Assembly (NCBI GenBank): GCA_041594355.1
Contig: JBFHMM010000001.1
Span: 5,872 to 69,871 of the forward strand
Direction: 5' to 3'
Length of the DNA stretch: 64,000 bases
From: Paracoccaceae bacterium
GTDB lineage: Bacteria > Pseudomonadota > Alphaproteobacteria > Rhodobacterales > Rhodobacteraceae
Below the pieces are notes generated by a model that saw only the letters and a list, made by a program, of their open reading frames with translations, was not told the origin of the DNA and searched no databases. This document shows positions 1 through 10,631 of this stretch, in pieces. A program made the position numbers and the translations under genes. Position 1 is the stretch's first letter; every line of letters starts with the position of its first letter.

Positions 1-1732
1 GGCGACCAAGAATTTCCAGCTGCCCCCGGTGGGACGCAACACGCTGCCGGGGCGGCTGAAGGCGACGGCCGGTATCGGCTGGGGCCGGCTGGGCAGCTAC
101 AACCCGCTGGGCACCACCGGCTACCGGCCCCCCTACAATCCCAACGCCACGGGGGGCGAACCGGCCTATGACCAGTGGTTCCGCGGCGATTTCGCGCTCT
201 TTGGCGGGCTGGAGTACCAGCCCAACGACCGGCTGTCGCTAAAGCTGGAATATTCCTCGGACGATTACGTGTCCGAGACCCAGACCACCTCTGTCTTTGT
301 CAAGAAGACACCCTTCAACTTCGGTGTCGAATACCAGTGGACCCCGCGCACCCGGATCGGGGCCTACTACATGTATGGCTCGGAACTGGGCATTTCGGCG
401 CAGATCCAGCTGAACCCGAAATACCCGACCCGCCCGCTGACGCTGGCGCCGGCGCCGCGGGCCGTGGCCGCGCGCCCGTCGCGCAACAGCAATCCGGCGG
501 TCTGGGACGAAAGCTGGGCCACCTCGCGCAGCTGGGCGTTGGGTCTGGCCGAGCGGCTGGCGCCGATCCTCGAAGAGGACGGGCTGATCCTGGAATCGCT
601 CGACGTCACGGCCAATACGGCCGAATTGCGGTTCCGCAACCTGCAGTACCGGTCGTTTGCCAATGCGGTGGGCCGGGCGGCGCGGGCGCTGGCGCAGGTG
701 ATGCCGGCCTCGGTGGAGACCTTCCGGCTGGTGCCGGTGGAATCGAACATGGCGCTGTCGACGACGATCATCCGCCGCTCGGATCTCGAGGCGCTGGAAT
801 TCGATGGCCAGAGCACGCGGGCGCTGCTGGCGGTGACCGGCTTTGCCGATGCCGGCGCGCGGTCTGAGACGGCGGTGGTGGCGCCGGGGCTCTACCCCGA
901 TTTCGCCTGGGCGCTGACCCCCTACTTCGATCCGGCCTATTTCGATCCCTCGCAGCCAATCCGCATGGATGTTGGCGTCGATCTCGGCGCCACCTGGCGA
1001 CCGGCGCCGGGCTGGGTGTTTGCGGGCAAGATCCGCCAGCGGATCGCCGGCAATGTCAAGGACGGCCGGTCGTCGAATTCGGTGCTGCCGCATGTGCGCA
1101 CCGATCAGGTGAAATACGCCCAGTATGACACGACGCTGAACAACCTGTTCGGCGCCTACTACTGGAAGCCGCGCGAGGATCTCTATGCCCGGGTAACGGC
1201 CGGGTACCTTGAGGCCATGTACGGCGGGATTTCCACCGAGGTGTTGTGGAAACCGGTGGGCAGTCCGCTGGCGCTGGGGCTTGAGGCCAACTATGTCGTG
1301 CAGCGCGACTTTGACCAGCGCCTGGGCTTCCAGAGTTACAGTGTCTTCACCGGCCATGCCTCGGCCTATTACGATTTCGGCGCCGGTTTCCTCGCACGGG
1401 TCGACGCGGGCCGCTACCTGGCGGGCGATGTTGGCGCCACCTTCAGCCTGGACCGCTATTTCGACAACGGCTGGTCGGTGGGCGGCTTCTTTACCCTGAC
1501 CAACGTGTCGTCGGCGGATTTCGGCGAAGGGTCGTTCGACAAGGGGATCCGCTTCTCGATGCCGCTGACCTGGTTCCTGGGCCAGCCCAGCCGCAAGTCC
1601 ACCGGCACCACGATCCGCCCGGTGCAGCGCGACGGCGGCCAGATGGTGCATGTGCCGGGCCGGCTTTACGGCCAGGTCCGCGAAGCGCACAGCAAGGCGC
1701 TGAGCGATCAATGGGCGAGGGTCTGGGAATGA
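1..1732 (+). CDS. yjbH: YjbH/GfcD-family outer-membrane exopolysaccharide protein (5'-truncated by window edge)
   Basis: Frame is open from nt 2. YjbH-type motifs GYLEAMYGG, GRYLAGDVGATF, DFGEGSFDKG, RPVQRDGG. Followed by a yjbF-like gene. Confidence 0.9.
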   Translation, partial: ATKNFQLPPVGRNTLPGRLKATAGIGWGRLGSYNPLGTTGYRPPYNPNATGGEPAYDQWFRGDFALFGGLEYQPNDRLSLKLEYSSDDYVSETQTTSVFVKKTPFNFGVEYQWTPRTRIGAYYMYGSELGISAQIQLNPKYPTRPLTLAPAPRAVAARPSRNSNPAVWDESWATSRSWALGLAERLAPILEEDGLILESLDVTANTAELRFRNLQYRSFANAVGRAARALAQVMPASVETFRLVPVESNMALSTTIIRRSDLEALEFDGQSTRALLAVTGFADAGARSETAVVAPGLYPDFAWALTPYFDPAYFDPSQPIRMDVGVDLGATWRPAPGWVFAGKIRQRIAGNVKDGRSSNSVLPHVRTDQVKYAQYDTTLNNLFGAYYWKPREDLYARVTAGYLEAMYGGISTEVLWKPVGSPLALGLEANYVVQRDFDQRLGFQSYSVFTGHASAYYDFGAGFLARVDAGRYLAGDVGATFSLDRYFDNGWSVGGFFTLTNVSSADFGEGSFDKGIRFSMPLTWFLGQPSRKSTGTTIRPVQRDGGQMVHVPGRLYGQVREAHSKALSDQWARVWE

Positions 1733-2448
1733 CGCGGAAAGACGTGGTGGCGCACCCGATGACGCATTGGGCCAGAGCCTGCGCGGCCCTTCTGGCCAGC
1801 GCGCTTCTGGCGGGTTGTGGCGGCGGCAACCAGGTGGAGCCGCTGGAACTGCAGGTGATCAGGGCGGGGCAAGCGGCGATTGCCAAGCGCACCGCCGGCG
1901 CACCGCCGCCGCGCCCGGCGCTGACCCGCGCGGCGCTGAACACCGTCGAGGTTTCGGCGCTGGAGGTCACGCTGGAGCGTGAGGATGTGCTGGCTTACCT
2001 GCTGATTGACGATACGCGGCGCGATTCCACGCCGGGCAAGATCACCGTCTGGCGGTCCGAGGACAATCTGAACGTGGTCACCCGCAACGGCATCGTCATC
2101 GCCACTCGGGGCCTGGGCAATGACATCATATCCAGCAGCGTCCAGGTCAGCGGCGACAGCCCCGGCCCGGCGCGCAGCGGCGATCATGTGCAGATGGTCC
2201 GGGCGCTGGACAACAAGGCGGTACCGATCCCCCTGGCCTGCGATCTGGTCGATATGGGTGCTGAAACCATCGTGATCGTCGAACGCAAACACCCCACCCG
2301 GCACCTGCAGCAGCGTTGCGAAGGGGCCGGCGGCACGGTGGTTAACGACTATTGGGTTGATTCGGCACGCGGAATCGTCTGGCAGTCGCGGCAATGGGCC
2401 GGCCCCGGCATCGGCTATATGCGCCTGCGCCGCCTGACCACCGGGTAA
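1729..2448 (+). CDS. yjbF: YjbF/GfcB-family lipoprotein
   Basis: ATGA overlap with the yjbH stop (alternative start 1759). Lipobox LAGC; motifs IATRGLGND and NDYWVD...WQSRQW. Confidence 0.85.
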   Translation: MTRKDVVAHPMTHWARACAALLASALLAGCGGGNQVEPLELQVIRAGQAAIAKRTAGAPPPRPALTRAALNTVEVSALEVTLEREDVLAYLLIDDTRRDSTPGKITVWRSEDNLNVVTRNGIVIATRGLGNDIISSSVQVSGDSPGPARSGDHVQMVRALDNKAVPIPLACDLVDMGAETIVIVERKHPTRHLQQRCEGAGGTVVNDYWVDSARGIVWQSRQWAGPGIGYMRLRRLTTG

Positions 2449-2682
2449 CGCCCGAAAATGGCCCGTATCGCATTTTGCACAGCGGTTCCGGGCCGGTGTC
2501 GATTGTGGTTCGCCCCTGTGTTGTACCTGTGTTGTACCGCTTCGGGGCTGAGGAATTGGGCAATTGCCCTCAGCGCAGCAAAAAAGTGCTGGTTCACCCG
2601 TCTTGCAACTGCAGCATACGTTGAAAAGAGCGCCGATCTGCGCTAGAACCTACCCAAGTTCAGCCAAAAGGGGTTTTGGATT

Positions 2683-3060
2683 ATGAAAAAGATGTTTGCT
2701 ATCGCCGCTGCTGGCTTGTTTGCCCTCAGCGGGACCGCCTTCGCCCAGACATTCGAGGACGCCAGCCCGGAAGCGCTGGCCGAGGCCGAGGAAAAAGGCG
2801 CCTGTGGCGTCGGCTATGACCCGGTCAAGGCCGAGTACCTGGCCGATGGTCGCCTGGCCGTTCTGTGCCCGGCCGGATCGGGTGCTGCGGCAGCCGCTGC
2901 CGGCGGTGCGATCGCGGCGCAGCCGGCGGTTTTGGCCGGAACCGCGCTGGGTGCCGGCGGTGCAGCCGCCCTGGCGGGTTTGGTCATCGTGGTTGCCCTG
3001 ACCGGTGGCGACGACACCTCGACCACCACCACCACCACCACCACGGGCGGCGGCAACTAA
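2683..3060 (+). CDS. Small exported Ala/Gly-rich protein with poly-Thr tail, YjbE/GfcA-like
   Basis: Signal peptide (AFA-Q), C-terminal hydrophobic segment, then TGGDDTSTTTTTTTTGGGN. Lies next to yjbH/yjbF. Confidence 0.65.
   Translation: MKKMFAIAAAGLFALSGTAFAQTFEDASPEALAEAEEKGACGVGYDPVKAEYLADGRLAVLCPAGSGAAAAAAGGAIAAQPAVLAGTALGAGGAAALAGLVIVVALTGGDDTSTTTTTTTTGGGN
3022..3044 (+). repeat. (ACC)n coding microsatellite encoding the poly-Thr tail
   Basis: accaccaccaccaccaccaccac is visible directly. Confidence 0.9.
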
Positions 3061-3119
3061 AGCCGAAGGCTTAACCTCGCTTACGCGCAGATGATCCGCA
3101 AGCGGCTGGTGTGAAATTC

Positions 3120-3150
3120 AAGGCAGGTCCCTGACGGGGCCTGCCTTTTG
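3120..3150 (+). terminator. Rho-independent terminator between convergent genes
   Basis: Stem AAGGCAGGTCC...GGGCCTGCCTT followed by T residues, between the + strand yjbE-like gene and a - strand glycosyltransferase. Confidence 0.75.
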
Positions 3151-3194
3151 CGTTGTCCCGATGTCTTTAGGGGGCTGTCCCCGGAGGCTCGGGC

Positions 3195-6100
3195 TCAGCT
3201 GACCGGGGAATAGAGATCGATACTTTCGAAGGCCGCCCGCATCAACTCGCGCCCGGTCTCGAAGGAGAAGCTCTGGCGGACATAGGTGCGGGCGTTGTCC
3301 GAGATCGCCTGCCACAGCGCATCGTCGCCCTGCAGACGGGTGATGGCATCTCGCCATTCGACGGGGGTGGTGGCGATCATGCAGTCGTGGCCATGGCGCA
3401 GCCCGACCCCTTCGGCGGCGGTGGGCGTCAGCACGCAGGGCACCCCATGGGCCAGCGCCGCCAGCACCTTGCCCTTGATCCCGGCCCCCGATAGCAGCGG
3501 CGCGACAAAGATCCGGTGCTTGTCATAGGCGTCGGAAATCTCGCGGATGTAGCCCTGCGGGTGAATGCGGGGGCTTTTGAGCGCGCGGATATCGTCGCCC
3601 ATGCCTGACCCGTAGACAAAGAACTGCAGGTCCGGCTGCGAGGTTTCCAGCAGCGGCATCACCTGGCGGGCGAACCACAACACGCCCTCGGCGTTGGGCG
3701 CATGCAGGTAATTGCCCAGAAAGGACAGCCCGCTGCGGTTTTCCAGCCCGGGCGCGGTATCGGGCATATCCACCACCCAGGGGCATTTGGCCACCCGCAC
3801 CTGGCCGTCGGTGTGCGACTGGATCACCGAATGTTCGACCTCGTTGTAGCTGAGCACGACGTCGGATTTGCGCATCACCTCCAGCTCCAGCGTGCGGGTC
3901 TCGCGCGCCGCCGCGATCTTGGCGGCGTCATTGGCCGCGATCCCGGCGCGCAGTTCGCGCAGGAAATGCAGGTCGGCGTTGTTGAACAGGATCCGGGTTC
4001 TTGGCGCCAGCTGGCGCAGCCGGTCGATGACGTCGCGGGCGACGTAGAACCGGGTGATATAGAAGGCGTCGAAATCGCTGACATGCCGGGATAGGTATTC
4101 ATCCACCGACAGGAAGAACGGCGCGTGGATCATCTCGACCCCCATTTTCTCCAGCGCCTCGGTATAGCTGCCCATATGGGCCAGGTTGCGGGCCAGGAAG
4201 GTGACCTTGTAGCCCAGGCTCTGCACCAGCCGGATCTCCTGCACGGCGGCATGGCTGCCGGCGTCGCGGTCGGGCCGGGGTGTGGCATAGTCGATGAAAA
4301 GCACCCGTCCGACGATGCCGCGGTCCTTTTCCAGGTCCGGTTTCACCCCTTCGGCGCCAAACCGCGAATAGGCGGCGGCCCAGCGGCGCTTGAACTTGGG
4401 CCGGTTGATCTCCTGGTAGCGCTTGAAGCCTGCGGCGGTATCGGTGCCGCTGGTCAGGCCTTCGTAGTGGTAGACCACCGAGGAGGGGATGAACCAGGTG
4501 GTATAGCCGGCCTCGCGCACCTTGAAGGCCAGGTCGGTATCCTCGAAATACATCGGCTCCAGGTACTGTGACAGCCCGCCGACCTCTTCCCAGATGGCCC
4601 GGGTGGTCATCAGCGCCGCGCCACAGAGATAGTCGGTCTGCCGGGCATAGCAAAATCGCGGATCCCAGGGGTTTTCGCCGTGGCCGTAGTTCCACGGGTT
4701 GCCGGTGCTCCAGATGATGCCGCCCGCATCCTGCAGCCGGCCGTCGGGATAGAGCAGTTTCGAGCCCACCAGCCCGACCTTGTCAAAGCGCGCGAAGCCG
4801 TCGACCAGCGCATCCAGCCAGCCATTGGTGACCTCGACGTCATTGTTCAGCAGGGCGACATAGGTGCCGCGCGCCTTGGCGGCGCCGGCGTTGCAGGCAC
4901 GGATGAACCGCTGCGCCTGGGTATTGCGGACCACGGTGATGCCCGACACGATCTCTTCGATCCGGGCGGTCTCGTCGGTAGAGCCGTCATCGACCAGGAT
5001 CACCTCGAAGGTGACATGATTGTGGGCCAGCAGCAGGCTGGCCAGCGCCAGATAGGTAACCTCCACCTTGTTGTGGGCCGGGATCACCACCGAGACATCG
5101 GGGGCCTCGACCGGCGGAAAGGCCAGCGGAGCCAGCCGGACGTTGTCGTGACCGCCTTCGACCACCTCCAGCGCGCGGGCGACCTGGGCCTGCATCTCGG
5201 GACTGGCGCCGGCGGCCATATGGGCGCGCAGGGCGGCGTAGCGGTGCGCGGCCTGCGGCATCAGCGGCCCCGGAAACGGCGCCCGGCTTTCGTTCTGCAG
5301 CACGTCCAGCGGTGTCAGCATCCGCGGCATCAGCACATAGGTGCTGAGCAGCCGCTGGGTGCCGCTTTCGTCCAGCACCGCCAGATTGTGGTAATGGCCG
5401 GTTTGCATCTCGCGCGGCATCCGCACCCAGACCGGGTCCGGACCCAGCTGCTGACTGAACGCAAATTTGCCGTCCAGCATGATCCGGTACAGGCCGGGTC
5501 GCGTGGCTTTCATCTGCAGGCTGTGGCCGTGGTCTTCGGTGATGGTGACCGACAGGTCGGCACCATCCAGCAGCAGGTGTTCATCTTCGCCCAAGTACAG
5601 CATCAGCGGTTGCCCCGGCGCGGTCATCGCCGGCAGCTCCGCCTCCAGCCAGACCGCTCCCGGTCCGGGCTCCGCGCCTTTCAGCTGCAGCCCCTCGCCC
5701 GGTGACGGGCCGGGCCGGTCGGCGCGGCCGGCAAGGGTGTCGCTGCGGGGGGCCGGGCGGGCCACATGCGGATCGGCGGTAAAGAGAAAGGGCGACAGCT
5801 GGCTGTCACCGCCCTTGTAGCTGTCGAACTGCACGGTCATGTGCAGCTCCGTGACCTCTTCCATCGGCGGCAGCTGCTGCTCCACGGCCAGGTAATCGGC
5901 CTCGTCCTGGCCGCCGATGCGGGTGTCATCGAACAGCAGCGTATAGGTGCCGGCCAGCCGGTCGCCCTTTGTCTTGTCACCGGCCGTCCGCAGCCGCCGG
6001 ATCTCGAGCCGTCCGGCGGCACGATGCGAGGCCAGCCAGGCGCGGAAACTCAGCGGCGGATCCTGCGGGTTCTGCGCCGGCAGCGGGATCGGCGCAGCCA

Positions 6101-6446
6101 GCGCCACCCGGCAGGGGGCGGCGGGATCGAGGAATTTTATCTGCACGGTCTTGCGCCCCGGCAGCCCCCATTGCGGGATCCCGTTGACCGACACCTCGCA
6201 GGGCAGCGGCTCTGCCCCCTCGGGCCGCGGTGCCAGCAGCGGGGCGGCGAATGCGGGGCGGAATTCGCCCTGCGCCTGCGGTTCGGCCGGGCCGGTAGGC
6301 TGCATCCGCACCAAGGCGCCGCCAATTCCCAGCGCTGGTCCCCGCTCTGCCAGCTCCGGAGCCATTTGCGCCTGTACACGGCCATCTGCGATCACGATCC
6401 GGGCAACGCCCTGGGGCAGCGAAACGGTGGGGTGGTCGGGCTTCAT
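3195..6446 (-). CDS. Large bifunctional glycosyltransferase (uncharacterised N-terminal region + GT2 + GT4-like domain)
   Basis: GT2 motifs VSVVIPAHN, VDDGS, LLNND, YFEDTD. GT-B motifs PDRDAGS, FLGNYLHAPN, GAGIKGKV. Start placed at ATG 6446 after a purine-rich RBS. Confidence 0.88.
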   Translation of the reverse strand: MKPDHPTVSLPQGVARIVIADGRVQAQMAPELAERGPALGIGGALVRMQPTGPAEPQAQGEFRPAFAAPLLAPRPEGAEPLPCEVSVNGIPQWGLPGRKTVQIKFLDPAAPCRVALAAPIPLPAQNPQDPPLSFRAWLASHRAAGRLEIRRLRTAGDKTKGDRLAGTYTLLFDDTRIGGQDEADYLAVEQQLPPMEEVTELHMTVQFDSYKGGDSQLSPFLFTADPHVARPAPRSDTLAGRADRPGPSPGEGLQLKGAEPGPGAVWLEAELPAMTAPGQPLMLYLGEDEHLLLDGADLSVTITEDHGHSLQMKATRPGLYRIMLDGKFAFSQQLGPDPVWVRMPREMQTGHYHNLAVLDESGTQRLLSTYVLMPRMLTPLDVLQNESRAPFPGPLMPQAAHRYAALRAHMAAGASPEMQAQVARALEVVEGGHDNVRLAPLAFPPVEAPDVSVVIPAHNKVEVTYLALASLLLAHNHVTFEVILVDDGSTDETARIEEIVSGITVVRNTQAQRFIRACNAGAAKARGTYVALLNNDVEVTNGWLDALVDGFARFDKVGLVGSKLLYPDGRLQDAGGIIWSTGNPWNYGHGENPWDPRFCYARQTDYLCGAALMTTRAIWEEVGGLSQYLEPMYFEDTDLAFKVREAGYTTWFIPSSVVYHYEGLTSGTDTAAGFKRYQEINRPKFKRRWAAAYSRFGAEGVKPDLEKDRGIVGRVLFIDYATPRPDRDAGSHAAVQEIRLVQSLGYKVTFLARNLAHMGSYTEALEKMGVEMIHAPFFLSVDEYLSRHVSDFDAFYITRFYVARDVIDRLRQLAPRTRILFNNADLHFLRELRAGIAANDAAKIAAARETRTLELEVMRKSDVVLSYNEVEHSVIQSHTDGQVRVAKCPWVVDMPDTAPGLENRSGLSFLGNYLHAPNAEGVLWFARQVMPLLETSQPDLQFFVYGSGMGDDIRALKSPRIHPQGYIREISDAYDKHRIFVAPLLSGAGIKGKVLAALAHGVPCVLTPTAAEGVGLRHGHDCMIATTPVEWRDAITRLQGDDALWQAISDNARTYVRQSFSFETGRELMRAAFESIDLYSPVS

Positions 6447-6862
6447 CGGGTCTCTTTCACTGACATTCGGGGTGAATCCGGCAACGGATTTCACCTGCGT
6501 CTTTGAACATGTTTTGGCGTTGCGCGAAAGCCAATGGCACAGGCACCGTCCAGAAAACGCCGATCATGTCGCATCCTTGCGCTCTTTGCCTGGATTTCCC
6601 AGCGCCCAGCCCGCAAAAGCGGCCCGGGGACGCCCCTGCCCTGCCCTGTCCTGTCCCCGCTGCACCCATGGCTGCCCCATTTCAGGGCAGCGACACGGGC
6701 AGTAACACCGGCGGTGGCGGGATTTCTTGCCGCAACCCATTCCCACGCCGTCGACAATATGCTGTAAGGAAGCGGAAATTCCGGGCCGGCACGGGCTGTG
6801 CGCGGGTCCGGAACGATTGCAGATCTGGTTTTTAGAAAGATCTTGAAGAAGGTGATATTGAT

Positions 6863-8311
6863 ATGGCCGTTGTCTATCCGGTGATTTTGTGTGGTGGCGT
6901 CGGGACCCGGCTCTGGCCGTTGTCGCGCAAAAGCTATCCCAAGCAGTTCGTGCCGCTGATTGGTGACAAGACCCTGTTCCAGGCCTGCGCCGAACGGATG
7001 ACCGGGGCCGGCGACGGGTTTGAATTTGCCGCCCCCGCGATCCTGACCAATTCGGACTTCCGCTTTATCGTCGCCGAACAGCTGCAGGAGGCGGGTATCG
7101 ACCCCGGCCCGGTGATGATCGAACCGCAGGGCCGCAACACCGCCCCCGCGGTATTGGCCGCAGCCCTGCATCTGGCCGCGCAGGATCCCGATGCGGTCTT
7201 GCTGGTGGCGCCCTCGGACCACGTGGTGCCCAACGCCGAGGCGTTCCGCGCGGCGGTGGCCGAGGCGGTGCGGACGGCGCAGGACCGGAGCGACCTGGTC
7301 ACCTTTGGCATCACCCCCGACCATCCGGAAACCGGCTATGGCTATCTGCAACTGTCGGTGCGGCCCGACGGGTCCGGCTCTGCCGTACCGCTGACCCGCT
7401 TTGTCGAGAAGCCCGACCTTGAAACCGCCCAGGCGATGTTGGCCGATGGCAGCTACCTGTGGAATTCGGGGATTTTCCTGTTCACCGCGCGCGACATCGT
7501 CGCGGCCTTTGAGAAATTCGCCCCCGAGCTGATCGCGCCGGTCAGGGAGGCGGTGGAGCAGGCCGAGACCGACCTGGGCTTTCTGCGGCTCGAGCCCGAG
7601 GCCTGGGGCCGCGCCGACGACATCTCGATCGACTATGCGGTGATGGAACGTGCCGACAACCTGTCGGTGGTGCCCTATTCCGACGGCTGGTCGGACCTGG
7701 GCAGCTGGACGGCGGTGCATGAACTCAGCGGCCCCGACGGCGATGGCGTCGCCATGTCCGGCCCGGTCACCGCGATCGACTGCCGCAACGTGCTGCTGCG
7801 CTCGGAATCGCCGGATCAGGAACTGGTCGGCATGGGCGTCGAGGACCTGATCGTGGTGGCGATGTCCGACGCGGTTCTGGTCGCCGACATGAGCCGGGCG
7901 CAGGACGTGAAAAAGGCGGTCACCGCGCTGAAGGCGAAATCGGCCAAGCAGGCCGAGGCGCTGCCGGTCGATTACCGCCCCTGGGGCCATTTCGAAACGC
8001 TGATCCTGGGCGAGCGGTTCCAGGTCAAGCGTATCGTGGTCAAGCCTGGCGCCTCGCTGAGCCTGCAAAGCCACCACCACCGGTCGGAACACTGGATCGT
8101 GGTCGAGGGCACCGCCAAGGTCACCGTCGGCGACGAGGTCAGCCTGATGACCGAGAACCAGTCGGTCTATATCCCGCTGGGGTCGGTGCACCGGCTGGAG
8201 AATCCCGGCAAGATCGAAATGGTGCTGATCGAGGTGCAGACCGGCAGCTATCTGGGCGAAGACGATATCACCCGCTACGAGGATATCTATGCACGCGGCC
8301 AGAAAGACTAG
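6863..8311 (+). CDS. manC: Mannose-1-phosphate guanylyltransferase / mannose-6-phosphate isomerase
   Basis: GGVGTRLWPLSRKSYPKQF, EPQGRNTAPA, FVEKPD, WSDLGSW; C-terminal cupin SLQSHHHRSEHW. Confidence 0.96.
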   Translation: MAVVYPVILCGGVGTRLWPLSRKSYPKQFVPLIGDKTLFQACAERMTGAGDGFEFAAPAILTNSDFRFIVAEQLQEAGIDPGPVMIEPQGRNTAPAVLAAALHLAAQDPDAVLLVAPSDHVVPNAEAFRAAVAEAVRTAQDRSDLVTFGITPDHPETGYGYLQLSVRPDGSGSAVPLTRFVEKPDLETAQAMLADGSYLWNSGIFLFTARDIVAAFEKFAPELIAPVREAVEQAETDLGFLRLEPEAWGRADDISIDYAVMERADNLSVVPYSDGWSDLGSWTAVHELSGPDGDGVAMSGPVTAIDCRNVLLRSESPDQELVGMGVEDLIVVAMSDAVLVADMSRAQDVKKAVTALKAKSAKQAEALPVDYRPWGHFETLILGERFQVKRIVVKPGASLSLQSHHHRSEHWIVVEGTAKVTVGDEVSLMTENQSVYIPLGSVHRLENPGKIEMVLIEVQTGSYLGEDDITRYEDIYARGQKD

Positions 8312-8429
8312 GCCGACGGCCCGCGCCAGTGTCCTGTGCCCCGGCGCAAAACCCGGATGCGCAGTCACCATCGCCGCGACCTCGTCCAGCGCGGAACCGT
8401 CGTTCAGCTGCCACAGGCGCAGGCCACTG

Positions 8430-10392
8430 GTGCGGGCCTCCCTGGCGTATGGCGGTCCCGGTCCGGCGGCGGCCCTGGCGGCATACGAGCGGCACCATCC
8501 CGCGGCGGCTGATCTGCCCCAGTTACGGGCGGAAGTGGCACGGGCGCGGGGCGCTCCTGTGGCACCCGAAGCGATACCGGAGCCGACCGCCGCCATGGAC
8601 ACCAAGGCCTTGTTGCAGATGGCCCGGCAGGCGGTTGCTGCAAACCGTACCGATCTTTCCGAGACCCTGCTGCGCAGCTTCTCGGGATGCCCGAAAGCGA
8701 CCAGAAACGGTTTGCTCTCGGGCTGGTGCAGGCGCATCTGCAGCAGGGTAACGCCACCGTGGCGAATTTTCGCGCCGCGCTGGACCTGAACCCGGTGATG
8801 GAGGCCGCGCACCTGCGGCTAATCGAAACGCTGAAGGCCCAGGGGGCGGGCAAGGAGGCGTTGCGCGCGGCGGACGCCGGTCTGCAGGCACTTCCGAAGA
8901 GCTGGTTGTTGCGCCACAAGCGGCTGGCGGTGCTGTCCGAACTGGACCCGATCCTGCCGTCGCCGGAGGAGTTCGAGGCGCTGGTTTCGGATGCGCCGGA
9001 GCGGGTTGGCGGCCACCGTCTGAGGTTGAACTGGCTGAAACGGACAGGGCGCTACGCCGAGGCGGCTGCTGCGGTTGCCGATTTCGCGCGGTACTGCCCG
9101 GACGATTTCAATGCGCCGGCCGAACGGGCGTACCTGGAACTGGAGAGTGGTCAGCCGGGGCAGGCCCTGCGTCTGTTCCGCGAAGCGGGCGCGCCGGAAA
9201 GTGACGATGTGGCGCAACGGATTCTGGAAACGGCACCGTGTGCGGAGGTTGCGCAGGTGCGCGTGGCGCTGGTGCAGCTGCTTGGGCAAACCGGGCAGAT
9301 GGCGGCGGCGCGGAACTGTGACGCCCCGTCTCGGTGCTGGACCGGTCTCGGCACCATCTGGCCATCGCCCTGCTGGCGCGGGAGGACTTTGATCTGGAGG
9401 CGGCCGAGGCGGGCTGCACCGCCGCACTGGCCGAGGATCCGGGGCTGGAGGCTGCTTATACGCAGCGCGCCTATACCGGCTGATTGGCCTGCGATCCGGC
9501 GGGCGCCATGCAGGACCGTCAGGCCGCGTTCCGGCTGCGGCATGCGCCGCTGCGGCGCTGGTCCGACATCATCGGGCACCTGTGCAACGAAATGCTGCTG
9601 CAGCCGGAGGTGGTCAGTGTCGCAGCCGCTGCGGATGGGCTGGATGGCCTGGCCGCATTGGTGCGCGCCCACGGGGATCTGACTTGTGTCAGCATGGCGC
9701 TGCTGATCGCGCTGCGCAGGTCCGGACGCCGGGGCCTGCCCGCGGAACTGTCGTCGGAGGCTCGGACCGATCATGTCCCCGCGCGGATATTCCAGTATTG
9801 GGAGAGCGAGATCAGCCCGGACTTGCGGGGGGCGATGGAGGATCTGCAGGCGCGCAACCCTTGGGCGGTCTACCGCCGGTTCGACCGGGCCTCTGCGGGT
9901 GAATACCTGGCCGGGATGGGGCGCCCCGAAGTCGCGCGCGCCTTCCGCCTGTGCCGGCACGCGGCGCAACGCGCGGATCTGTTCCGGCTGGCGGTGATGT
10001 GGGCCGAAGGCGGCATCTACCTGGATGCGGACAATCGCTGCGGCGGCAACCTTGCCGGCCTGCTGCCGCCGGGGGCGCGGTTGGTGCTCTACCAGGAACA
10101 CCTGGGCAGCATCGCCAATAATTTCATCGCGGCCGCGCCGGGATGCGGGCTGCTGGAGCGGACGATGCAGCAGATCGCGGAGGCCCTGATCGCGGGAGCG
10201 GGCGAGTATATCTGGCTGTTGTCGGGACCCGGTGCGCTGACCCGTGCCCTGGCACGACGGATTGCGGAGACACCCGATATCGCTCTGCCGCAAGACTGCC
10301 ACGTGCTGCTCCACTCCACCCTGCTGGGCCGTGTGGCCCCACAATGCCCTTTTGCCTACAAGATCGGCCCGGGCAGCTGGGCGCGTGGGTGA
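8430..10392 (+). pseudogene. Disrupted TPR-repeat + GT32 (OCH1-like DxD) glycosyltransferase
   Basis: One protein-like sequence is split over three frames: frameshifts near 8675 and 9310, in-frame TGA at 9319 and 9481. C-terminal part has IFQYW, QRADLFRL, EGGIYLDAD, NNFIAA, SGPG. Start uncertain; sequencing error not excluded. Confidence 0.7.
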
Positions 10393-10631
10393 TGGTCCGC
10401 GGTAGGATCTCCGGTTGTATGCGACAATACGTCTGCCCAAGAAATTCTCACCCCAGTGGGGCAATATGTCTGGCCGGCAGGACTTTCCGATCATTTGGGT
10501 TGCAGGGCAATCTGCTCTATGGCAGAGCATCCGAGGGTGGCCAGAACATCGAATGATGGAGCGCCGCAGGCACCCAGGTTCGCCGCCCGAGACCTGCGTC
10601 TTTTGACGAAAGCAAGCATAGGATTAAAACC

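Noticed and set aside
9319-9483. Selenocysteine or programmed readthrough at in-frame TGA codons
   Set aside because: The stops co-occur with frameshifts in the same gene and are not at catalytic Cys-like positions; decay or sequencing error is simpler.
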